Made by a program: the position numbers and the translations under genes. Under the pieces are notes generated by a model that was not told the DNA's origin, made no database searches, and saw only the letters and a program-made list of their open reading frames with translations. This document shows, piece after piece, positions 1 to 9,800 of a DNA stretch of 64,000 nt. Location: positions 124,001 through 188,000 of IMG/VR virus record IMGVR_UViG_3300042934_000980, one strand, 5' to 3'. The first letter of the stretch is position 1; each line of letters opens with the position of its first letter.

Positions 1-2182
1 CCCCCACCAGGAAACTTTCTTTCTTGGTGTACTTCTTAAAGTCGGGGTGTTCTTTGAGCAGCTCATCGATGTTGAAGTTCAAGGTGAGGTCACCCACCTG
101 GATAAAGCTGAACTTCTTGGCCAGGATGCTGTAGATGCGCGGGGAGACGTAGTCGGGGTTGTACCCAGAACCCAAACTGTAACTGAGGGTTGCCGGTACC
201 CCGTCTTTGGTTTCCCCACGGGCGCGGATCTGCTTGACCAACCAGAGGGAGTAGTCATCGACCACTTTCTGACTGCGGCTGATCATCAGCTTGCGGTCGT
301 AGTAGCTGGTCAAGGCCACCTTCACCGGGCTGATCTTGCGGATCGGCAGTTCCATGCGCTGCAGCTGCAAGTGCTGCTTAACCCCGTCCACGGTAAACGT
401 GGCATCCTTCTGCACCCGTGGCAGGCGAATCTCCGAGGTGCTTTGTGCCCCATTGACCGGATGACGCTGGAACTTGTACACGTCATAACTGCCTTCAACC
501 CCGTTGACCACCCGGTGTTCCAAGGCCGTCAGACAGATCCCGGCGTTCTGGATCCCGACAAACATACGAGCAATGTCTTTGTGCAGGAACTTCTCAGCGT
601 ACTCGCGCTTAAGCACTGCAGCGCGGCTGCGCAGCATGCTCTCATCCAACACGGTGATGAAGTTGCCTTCGATCTTACCGTCCAGGCTGTTGAGCTCTTC
701 AGGGGAGATGGTCATGAACTCGGCCAAGGTTTGACCGTTTTCCATTTCAATCTGCTGATAGCTCATGGCCTTGCGCATGAAGTGCTGCTGCTCGGCGACT
801 GTCAAGACGCCGTCACGGGCCCGCTCTTCCAAGGCCAGCTGCACGCCGCTTTCCGGGGTCGGGAAGGCGTTGCGTTTAACCGTGATGTCGGCGGCGGTGG
901 TTTCAACCTCCAGCAGCTTATCGTCTACGGCGCTGGTCCAATCCCCAGCATCTTCAGGATCAGGTACGTTTGCCGCGTCTCCTTGTCCCGCGTCCAGGTG
1001 TTCGTGATGTCCCGGGTCACCTCGGAGAACATCAGCGAGGCTACCACCAGTGCCAGAATCACCCAGATGCTCAGGCGAGCGAGGAACTTGTCCTTCTTCT
1101 CCGTCACCGGATGCTCGTCTTTGCTTTTGCGCAGCTCCTGTCGATCCTGGAGCCACTTGGCCAGCTTCTTTTTCGTCGCCGGCTTCTCCTCTTCCATCAC
1201 TGCTCTCCTCGGCCAGCTCTTTCTCGGTGGCCACCATACCAGAGAGTGTCATCAAGGCCAGATAAAAACGCTTAGTTACGTTCAGACGTTTGGACGACGA
1301 CATGGGGTGGCTGCCGTCTTTGGGGTTGAGCTCATCAAGCCACTCTTGTAGAGTTTTGACGTTGATCACCAGCGCTTTACTGTTGGCGGTAAAGATCCAG
1401 TGCAAGTCTTCCCGAGCTTGTGGGGTGAGCTTGCCGAATTGACTGTGGGTATAGTCGCCCAGCAAGAAAGCCATCAGGTCCAGCAACCAGTAAGAGTTCT
1501 GTGCCTTGGTTACCCGAATAACCGGGTTAGAAGGAACTGGAAGGCCGTCTTTAAAGCTTCCCACAAACTTTTCATAGTCCACCATCAGGTCGTTGTAGCG
1601 AGGTAGGTTAAGCGGCAGTTCAATACGAACGTACTGCTTGCGTCGGTTGCTACGCTCAGCCTCAACGTTAATCCCCTCGATCAACATGTTGAGGCGGTTG
1701 TAGCTTTGCTCAAACGCCATGAACATGGCAGAGCGCTGCGCCCAGGTCTTTTCGGCCAAGGCGTAGTTCTTCACCACCAACACGTCGGCTTTGTTCCAGA
1801 CGGTGTTGATGTCTTTGGTCCAGTTGTAGGTGTAGTGGCTGGCCCGGTACGCTTGGATGGCTTTACGCGCATCAAAGGTCAGAAGCCGCCCGCTGCCCAA
1901 GACCGGTTGGAACTTGGTCTCAAACTGGATGAAGACATTGTCCGGGCAGTTGGCAATGAACGCCTCAGACGTTGAAGGACCCAAGTCTTCAGCTAACTTG
2001 GGTAGGTAGTGGATCAGGGACATCTTGGGCAGGATGATCTCACCAATCCCTGCAAAGTTAGGGTCGGTCAGTTCCTGCCGTTTGCGTTGTACGAACAAGC
2101 GGTGAAACGATGCATACTGCGCCAGGACTTCAGCCCCTGTTACAGCATCCAGCTGGGCAAAGACACCCTGGGTTGGATACAT
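1..2182 (-). CDS. Virion RNA polymerase beta subunit, N-terminal part (phiKZ gp178-like); runs off the left edge
   Basis: Absent from the ORF track because it is open at the edge. Manual translation from ATG 2182 gives MYPTQGVFAQ..., with no stop in the parts read, and ...DGVKQHLQLQRMELPIRKISPVKVALTSYYDRKLMISRS. Lies directly after the beta' gene, as in phiKZ-like phages. Confidence 0.85.
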   Translation of the reverse strand, partial: MYPTQGVFAQLDAVTGAEVLAQYASFHRLFVQRKRQELTDPNFAGIGEIILPKMSLIHYLPKLAEDLGPSTSEAFIANCPDNVFIQFETKFQPVLGSGRLLTFDARKAIQAYRASHYTYNWTKDINTVWNKADVLVVKNYALAEKTWAQRSAMFMAFEQSYNRLNMLIEGINVEAERSNRRKQYVRIELPLNLPRYNDLMVDYEKFVGSFKDGLPVPSNPVIRVTKAQNSYWLLDLMAFLLGDYTHSQFGKLTPQAREDLHWIFTANSKALVINVKTLQEWLDELNPKDGSHPMSSSKRLNVTKRFYLALMTLSGMVATEKELAEESSDGRGEAGDEKEAGQVAPGSTGAAQKQRRASGDGEEGQVPRSPEHLGDSGTGGSLADVLRGDPGHHEHLDAGQGDAANVPDPEDAGDWTSAVDDKLLEVETTAADITVKRNAFPTPESGVQLALEERARDGVLTVAEQQHFMRKAMSYQQIEMENGQTLAEFMTISPEELNSLDGKIEGNFITVLDESMLRSRAAVLKREYAEKFLHKDIARMFVGIQNAGICLTALEHRVVNGVEGSYDVYKFQRHPVNGAQSTSEIRLPRVQKDATFTVDGVKQHLQLQRMELPIRKISPVKVALTSYYDRKLMISRSQKVVDDYSLWLVKQIRARGETKDGVPATLSYSLGSGYNPDYVSPRIYSILAKKFSFIQVGDLTLNFNIDELLKEHPDFKKYTKKESFLVG
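925..1197 (-). CDS. Overprinted small single-TM membrane protein nested in an alternative frame of the RNAP beta gene
   Basis: GAGGAG SD 7 nt before ATG 1197 (in-frame GTG at 1200); Lys/Glu-rich N-terminus; hydrophobic helix LSIWVILALVVASLMF; coincides with a low-complexity linker of the host frame. Confidence 0.6.
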   Translation of the reverse strand: MEEEKPATKKKLAKWLQDRQELRKSKDEHPVTEKKDKFLARLSIWVILALVVASLMFSEVTRDITNTWTRDKETRQTYLILKMLGIGPAP

Positions 2183-2187
2183 ACCCT

Positions 2188-3807
2188 TTACTCCTCAAGA
2201 CCACTGGTCGCAGCCTTCAACATAAACAAGATAGGTTCGTTGACAGGGTCGTAGAGAAACCGTCCGCTGCCACTGATGTAGTATTCACGTTTACCAAACA
2301 GGTCGCGTACTTCAGCCTTACTGTCTTCACTGCACACGCTGTTGCTGTTGAGCTGGTCGCCGTCGTGGTCAGAGTCATAGCCTGATTCACGGGTAGGGTC
2401 GACACTCATGGCGTCAAAGTAGTCCGGTGACGCGGAGCGGTGCGGGAAGCGTTTGCAGGTTTCCAGCTCGTCCCAGTCAGGCGCCGAACGCACCACCCGA
2501 GGTTTGGCCCCGGTAATGGTCAGCAGGTTGATCTGGGCCGGTACAATCGAACCGATACCAATAATCGGGTAACGTGTTTGCTGGGTTAACTGATCACTGA
2601 TGGCCGCTTGGCAGGAGAGGTAGAACAGCTCCATGTAGGTGATGCCCTTGACCAACTTCTTGTCCTTACCTTCAGGCAAGTCGTTGATGTCGTGCAACAC
2701 CGCCACTTCTTCACCGTCATCGTAGACCATGGCCAGGTAATGCCCTTCAATCAAAATCTCCTTGTTGCGCAAGTGCACGTTGGAGAACCCGTTAAAGAGT
2801 TTGTTCAAGCCGGTAAAGCTGGTCCACTTCTCAACCGTCTGCGCTGAGACTTCCACGTACTCGTATTCACGCGTCTTGGTGTTCACAAGCTTGGCGGTCT
2901 GCGAGCCTGGGGTAAACACGTTGGCCAGGTACTTGGTCATCAGGGCGTGAGCTGCCACGTACTGAAAGTTCAGCAGCGCTTGGTACAGCCCGATGTCGGT
3001 GGAGTTGGGGTTCACCCCGTTGCTGATAAACAGGTTGGGACGTGACACCTTACGTGCAGTAATCACGTTACGGGTACCGCCTACCACGCCGCGGGTCGAG
3101 ACCCGGCGCTGCATGATCCCGCCCTTGCCTTCTTGCAGGTTAAAGATAAAGGCATCGATCTCGTTAAAGCTGTTCTGCAAGCCCCAGCGCACGTTGTCGT
3201 ACAGCGGGTTTTCCGCGTCACGCGCATTGCCCAAGCTGATCACGCGGGTGCGGAACATAAGCTTGCGGTACAACTCGGTGATCTCAGGTTCAGTGGGGGT
3301 GCCGTTGGGCTCAAACTGAATGTCCCGGATACCCGCCGGTATCACCAACACCTTGCTGCTCAGTGACACCTGTTTAAAGTCGGTGACCAACTTGGCCCGC
3401 TGCTTGCGCTTGTAGGAATCGGTGGTGCTGGCCATCAACAAGGTGAAGTGGCGGATAAAGAAACTGAAGCCGGTTTCGCCATCCAAGATGTTGGATTTTA
3501 TGAAATCTTTAGCCTCCGAATCCCAAACCGCGTATTCCGTTCCCTTGAGAATGCCCAGGTACAGCGATTTGATTTGCGTCAGGGCTTTAAAGTAGGTTGG
3601 GTTAAAGAGCTCAAGCTTGGTGTCAATGTACGCTTCTGTTCTGTCGCGCTCTTTACTGCCCAGCTTACCGAATATCTCCAGGGAGTAGAGCCCGTCGTCG
3701 TTCAGGTTTTGGGTCATCCCTTCAAAGGCGTCAGTGGACGTCACTTCTTTGAAGACACCCGGAACGATAGACTTGGGGTCTAACAGTTTAAGGTTTGTGG
3801 GTTTCAT
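2188..3807 (-). CDS. Virion RNA polymerase beta' subunit, N-terminal/catalytic part (phiKZ gp180-like)
   Basis: DGLYSLEIFG, VLVIPAGIRD, GKGGIMQRRVSTRGVVGGTRNVI, TRYP and catalytic DxDGD (DSDHDGD). Confidence 0.92.
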   Translation of the reverse strand: MKPTNLKLLDPKSIVPGVFKEVTSTDAFEGMTQNLNDDGLYSLEIFGKLGSKERDRTEAYIDTKLELFNPTYFKALTQIKSLYLGILKGTEYAVWDSEAKDFIKSNILDGETGFSFFIRHFTLLMASTTDSYKRKQRAKLVTDFKQVSLSSKVLVIPAGIRDIQFEPNGTPTEPEITELYRKLMFRTRVISLGNARDAENPLYDNVRWGLQNSFNEIDAFIFNLQEGKGGIMQRRVSTRGVVGGTRNVITARKVSRPNLFISNGVNPNSTDIGLYQALLNFQYVAAHALMTKYLANVFTPGSQTAKLVNTKTREYEYVEVSAQTVEKWTSFTGLNKLFNGFSNVHLRNKEILIEGHYLAMVYDDGEEVAVLHDINDLPEGKDKKLVKGITYMELFYLSCQAAISDQLTQQTRYPIIGIGSIVPAQINLLTITGAKPRVVRSAPDWDELETCKRFPHRSASPDYFDAMSVDPTRESGYDSDHDGDQLNSNSVCSEDSKAEVRDLFGKREYYISGSGRFLYDPVNEPILFMLKAATSGLEE

Positions 3808-3834
3808 TCAAATTTACCCTTAGTAGGAGTTAGC

Positions 3835-6800
3835 ATGGCTGCTAATGATGATTTTGATGCGGGTTGGGGCGACGATCCCTTTTCGGGAGACATGGATTTC
3901 GACATGGATTTCGATTCGCCCTCGAAAAAAGGTTTTCTTCGTTCGTTCGCCAGTGGCTTTCTAAGCGGTATCACCAGCAAAACAATCGGTGACACTGACG
4001 CCCGCATCAACACGCTGAAGATGGTTCTGCCACGCACCTACACCGGTGCCTTCAGTACACTGACAATGTTGAATCAACGCCGCCGTGAGGTCTTGGACGA
4101 GATCAAGGGCGGTACCTTCGAGTCTGTCAAAGACTTGCAATATTTGGCCGGCCGCGCGGCGACTAAACTGCGCAAGACAGGTCCTAATAGAATCGCCGAC
4201 AGCTTTCAGAACTTCAGTCAAAACGACTTTTCGGACTGGGAGAAAAAGGATTACAGCGGAGGTGACTCAGGCCCAAGCCTGCAAGAGACCACCGATGAGG
4301 ACGTAGCCTCAGCACTGGCTAACAACCAAGGCGACGCCACCCTGCAACGCGATGCGATGGTAGGGGTCGGTGAAGCGGTTACCGGGATGATGGCTGAGGT
4401 GGGGGGTCGTACCCTCGGTCAGCTGAGCGCCATGAACCTGACCGGTGCCCGCACCAATCAGCTGCTGGAACAGATCATTGATCACCAGCGCCGGGTGCAA
4501 GCGCGTAACGACGCCATGAAGCTGAACATCATGACCCGTTCGTTCTTGACCGATGCCAAGTTCTACAAGTTCATGGAAGCGTCTAACCACCGCATGATCC
4601 AGGAACTTAAAGGCATCAGCGAGTGGAGCAAGAAGTCGGACTATGAGAAAACCACTCACAGTCAGGCCATGCGTAAAAGCATTCGCGACTCGGTGTTCAA
4701 CACCACCAAGAGTAAACTGGGTGGGATTGCCAGCTTTGTTAACGAGAAGTTTGGTAAAGGGGCCCGCACCGACTTCAGCGACAGCTTAGGCGAGATCACA
4801 GGCGCGCTGCGCATGGCGTCTGAGATGACCGAAGGCGCTGAGATCAACCTAGGTGACATGATCGGTAATGCCGCAGCCGGCTTGTTTATCAACAACCTGC
4901 CCAAGCTTGGGAAAACAGCGGCAGCGCAGCGGTACTTGGCCAAGTTCAAAGCCCAGTTCCCCAAGTTCTCCAAATGGGCGGACGATGCCTACATTCGCAT
5001 TACCGACCTAGGTAACGTAGCCACGTACAACCTGGGCAACATGGAAGGCACGGTCAACACCCTGCGCCGTCACTACAAGGGAAGCTTTAATAACGACGAA
5101 CCGGACAGCTACGATGAGTACCTGGCCACCCTGCCTGCCGGTCAAGCCCCGCTGAGCAAAGTGGAATGGACTGTCCTGCACAACGTGCGCAAAGCCAGCA
5201 ACAAAGCCATCAATGGATTGATGGAGTCGATGAGCACCTCTCAAGGCTCACGCTTTAACCTGACCCGGCGTACGCTGGATGACGGGCAAGAACAGCAGCT
5301 GTGGAACCGTCGCTCTGACCGGACCCTCAACGAAGTTCTGCCGCAATGGCTCAGTCAGATTCATTTGTCGATCGAGAAGTTTCGTACCGGCAATGACGAT
5401 CTGCGGGCGATGACCTACGACTACACCAAAGCCAAGTTCATCGGGCATGATCAGAAAGCGGCCAGCACCCTTAATCAGGTGTTTGATAAACGTCAGTTCA
5501 GCAGCCAAGCTGAGATGGCCCGCAGGCTTGCCGAAGACATTGACACCGACGGTGCCCTGTCAGAAGAAGCCAAGCGTGCTTTGGCGTACCGGTTGGCGCG
5601 TGATACGGATGCGGACATGGGCTTTAGCCCGTACAACTACCTCAAAGGGGAGAACGACGGACTGCCGCCTGCGGTTGCAGCTGAAATCCGAGACTTGATG
5701 AAACGGGAATTCGGGTTGACCGATGACCACATCAAAGAGTTCTTCGATGACGCTAACCCTGCCAAGATGACCAAGGCACTGACTTACCTGCCCACGGAGA
5801 AGGGTCGGGAGAAAGCGGCTAACATCTTCTCCTCGGCGCAAAGCTTGGGTGCGTTTATTCCAGACATCGCCAACCGTCTGGATGTGCTTAAGTCAAGCGG
5901 GTACTACGACGCGTTAAAAGGCACCGGGATCATCAAAGATGAAAACGGCACTGATGTGGTGGATTCGGAGCTGTTCTGGAAAACCCTGCAAGATTACATC
6001 GCAGACCCCAAACGCAGCACCGCCCCTATGCCTGCTGATGCAGCGCCTGGCCCGAGCCGTCCATTCGGCGGTCCGCCGCAACCGTTCCCGCCCTTCCCTC
6101 CGATGCCTACGCCGCCTCCGGCACCGCCTTCGACGGTGAGTGTTCAGTTCCCGGACGTGATGAAGGTTAAAGGGGTGGACAAGATCGTCAGCATGATGGA
6201 GCTGATGACCAAGGAGATTGACAAACGCGGTAAACGGCGGAACGGTCCTACCCCGCCACCGCAACCGTTGGATCCCAAAGACTACACCAACGTGCTGACA
6301 GAGATCCGGGATGATCTGGCGTACTTGACGTACTTGGAGGACATCAAGAAAGACACCGGGCACCTGTTGGGGATTAAGGAAAGCATTGACCTGTTGGGTC
6401 GTGGCTTTGCGCAGGGTGCACGCGGGCCTGAGGTGCCACCTACGGACCTTAAGCCGGTCACCGATGGCTTGGATGCGGTGAAGGCCAACCTACTCACCCT
6501 GATCGATCTGGCGGGGACTCGCAACGAGACCTTGGACAAGATCCTGCTGCGCCAGCCGCCTGAGGGCAAGCCCACCTCTGAAAGCGATGAGCAAATCATC
6601 GACCAAGAAAAGCGGGGGCTCTTGGACCGCCTAAAACAAACCAACTTCCGCGACATGTTCAATGGAAGTGTCGACAAGATCTTGGACAACCAACCGCTGG
6701 TACTGGGTGGGTTGCTGGGTGGTTTGGCAGGGCTTGCGGTCTACAACCCTAAAGGGGCTGCGTTGATTGCAGGGGGTGCGGCAGCAGCTACCGCCTACGG

Positions 6801-9800
6801 CAAACTGCGCAGCATGACCGCCGCACGGCGCGCCAAGGCCACTGAGGACTTGTACGAAGAAGGCTCGGACGTACCGATTCTGGAATCGTTCAAGCTGCAG
6901 CGCGGTGATTACTTGGACATGGCCACGGGGGTGATCTTAACCAGCTGGGAGGGGATCACAGGCAGCGTCAAGGACATCACCAACGGCACCATCATCGGGG
7001 GTCGTAAGCTTGCCAAGAAACTGTTCAACGCTGAGAACAAGGAAGTGTTCCTCTCAGGGCTGAACAAGCTGCGTGAAGGGTTGATTAAAGCCTTCCGCTG
7101 GCTCGACCCACTGAACCGTTTGACGGGGGTCAAGAACAAGCTGGTGAACCGCTTCTACCAGATGGATGTGTACAAGGAAGGGGCTGACTCGCCGACCTTG
7201 GTGGGTAAACGCTTTGCTACCGGGGCATACTGGAAACGCACTGAAGCAGGCGAGCTGGAACAGATCAACGGTTGGAACGAGATCAACGGTCCTGTCTACG
7301 ACGCCGAAGGTAATGTGTTGATTACCCAAGAAGAGTACGACATGGGGCTTAAGACCTCGATGGGGGCGAGCGTCAATAAACTGCAGGCGGCCAGCGCCAC
7401 CGCAGGACGCTTTGGCTTGGACTTCTTGCGCAAGATCAAGGACAAGGTCAACCCGTTGGCACAAGACGGTCTGGACAAGGCTAAGAGCGCCTTTAAAGCA
7501 GACTACACCCCAGTGATCAGTTCGGTGGATCGTATCTATCACCTGCTGCTCAAGCATTGGGGGTACAAAGCGGAGGAGGAATCTGAAGTCCTGCCCGATC
7601 CAGCCCCGCCGTCGGTGGACGACAAACCTGCCGATGCACCGGCTCCCGCTGAAGAAGCGCCAGCCCCAGGGGATGTTCCAGTCCTGCCCCGCAAACCCAA
7701 CATCGGGCCTAAAGGCAAGATGCAGGAAACCATCGAAGCGATCGGGGATAAGCTCACCGGCAAAACCCCAGAGGGTCGCTTGAACTCCCTGCAAGACCGT
7801 GCAGCGAAAGCTGAGGAGAAGAAGGACAACACGGTCAAGGACTCGATCATCCACATTGCGCAAAGCTTTGGCTTTGGTAATAAGGACGAGGGGGAGAAGA
7901 AAAAGAAATCGGGGTTGTTTGGGATGCTGCTGTCGGGCATCGGGATGATGACCAAAGGGATTTGGGGGTTGAGCACGTTCTTTACCCGCACGATCTTCAA
8001 AGGTCTGGGCACCCTGTTTAACTTTGCAGGGATGGGGCTTAAAGTCCTGCCGGCCATTGGCACCGGGATTGCGGCGTTGGCGAAGGGGATGTTGACCTTG
8101 CTTAAAACGCGCAGCTTAACCCAAGCCGGGGGCGCCACGATAGACTCTATCCGTAACCGCCGCAGACGACCACGTCCAGGCGATCCAGAGGTAGGTCCAC
8201 CCCGTCCACGTCCGCCGCGCAACAACTTTGCCACCGGGGCGAAGATCATGGGGGCAGGGATGGCGGTGGGGTTAGCGTCGGATGCCTTGCTGGCTACAGG
8301 CGCTGTGGATGAAGGGTCGGTCACCGATAAAGTGCTAGGTGTGGTAGAAACCGCAGGCACCGTAGCAGGTGGGGTGCAGATGGCAGGTGCTGCTGCCAGT
8401 GCATTGGGCTTTAACGTAGCCGGTTGGACAGCTGCCGCAACCGCAGCTGCAGGAACCGTGGGGACAACCCTTGCCGGGTGGGGAGGCGCTGCAATGGCTG
8501 CCGCCGCACCGCTGCTGTTTAACCCTGTGACTTTGGGGATTGCAGCGGTGGGTCTGGCAGGGTATGGCATCTACAAGTTTGTGACCCGTGGTGAAGGGAA
8601 ACAACTGGAGCTTCGGATGGTGCAGTACGGTGTCGCTGACACTGACAGTGATCTTGCCAAGAAGCTTCTGAAAGCTGAAGAGATGCTCACCCCGTTTGTG
8701 GTGATTGGTAACGGCCGGGCTTCCTTGTCGAAGAACGCCCCGATCCAAGAGGTGATGAAGATGTTTGTCACCGACCCACAAAACCAGAAAGAGCTGGGGG
8801 ATGTCTTTACCTGGTTCAATGGTCGGGTTAAGCCTGTGATGTTGACTTACCTGGCATGCCTTGATGTGGTGAAGATCAAGTCGTTGAAAGAATACGACGA
8901 GTCGAAAAGCCAAGACGTCTACAAGGTGGCCAAGCAGGTTAACGAAGCCTTGAACGGGATGCAACCTTACCCGTACTCGATCGTCGCTAAGGTGGACGCT
9001 GACATTAAGTTGCTCGGCGAGAAGGCCACCAAGATCCGTTGCATGACCCTGCTTGAAGAGCTCAAAAGCTACATCGACCGCAAGACCGATGACGATGATC
9101 TGAAAGGCGTGGAAACCTTGGCTTTCAGAAACACCGAGGGCTTGCAGAAAGAGAAGGCGGAACTCCAAGCCAAGCTTAACCAACCCGGTTCGTTTGGCAA
9201 GGGGTCTGAGGCTCGGGATAAACGGGAAGCTGCGCGGGTGCGGCTGGGTCAAGTTGACGAAGAGTTGCGCCGCCTGAACACCACCTACAAGGCCGGTGAA
9301 GTGGTGCAGCAGGTGTACGTCAGCGACTTGCTGCCGGAAAACAAAGCCATGGACTTGCTCACTGCAATCCGGGTGGCGTGCTACGGTAACGAGGAAGACT
9401 TGGCGTGGCGAGTGGAGGCGGTGCTTAAGCTTGAGCGCTATTGCGAACAGTTCTTCCGGGTCACCGGGGATAACGTGGAGTTCACCGGGCAAATTGGGGA
9501 CCTCTTCAACCTGTTCAAAGACAGCTTCCGCTTGGACAAGGGTGATGCCGATGACTGGTGCCTGTGGTTCCGTGACCGCTTCTTGCCGGTGATGAGCAAC
9601 TACGTGAAAGGCTGTAACAACTACCGCCGGGGTCGCCCTGGTGTAGTCTGGAAAACCCTGACCGCAACGGCTCGGTATGAGATCGCTAAACAGCTGATCG
9701 AAACACGCACCAACATCCCGGGCAGCAAGATGGATTACCCGGTGTGGAACGTACGTGTGGCACCGTTTAAGGATGCCGTGTCACCGGCCAAACCTGATAA

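Noticed and set aside
47-1351. 434-aa plus-strand ORF
   Set aside because: Antisense shadow of the minus-strand RNAP beta gene; no recognisable motifs.
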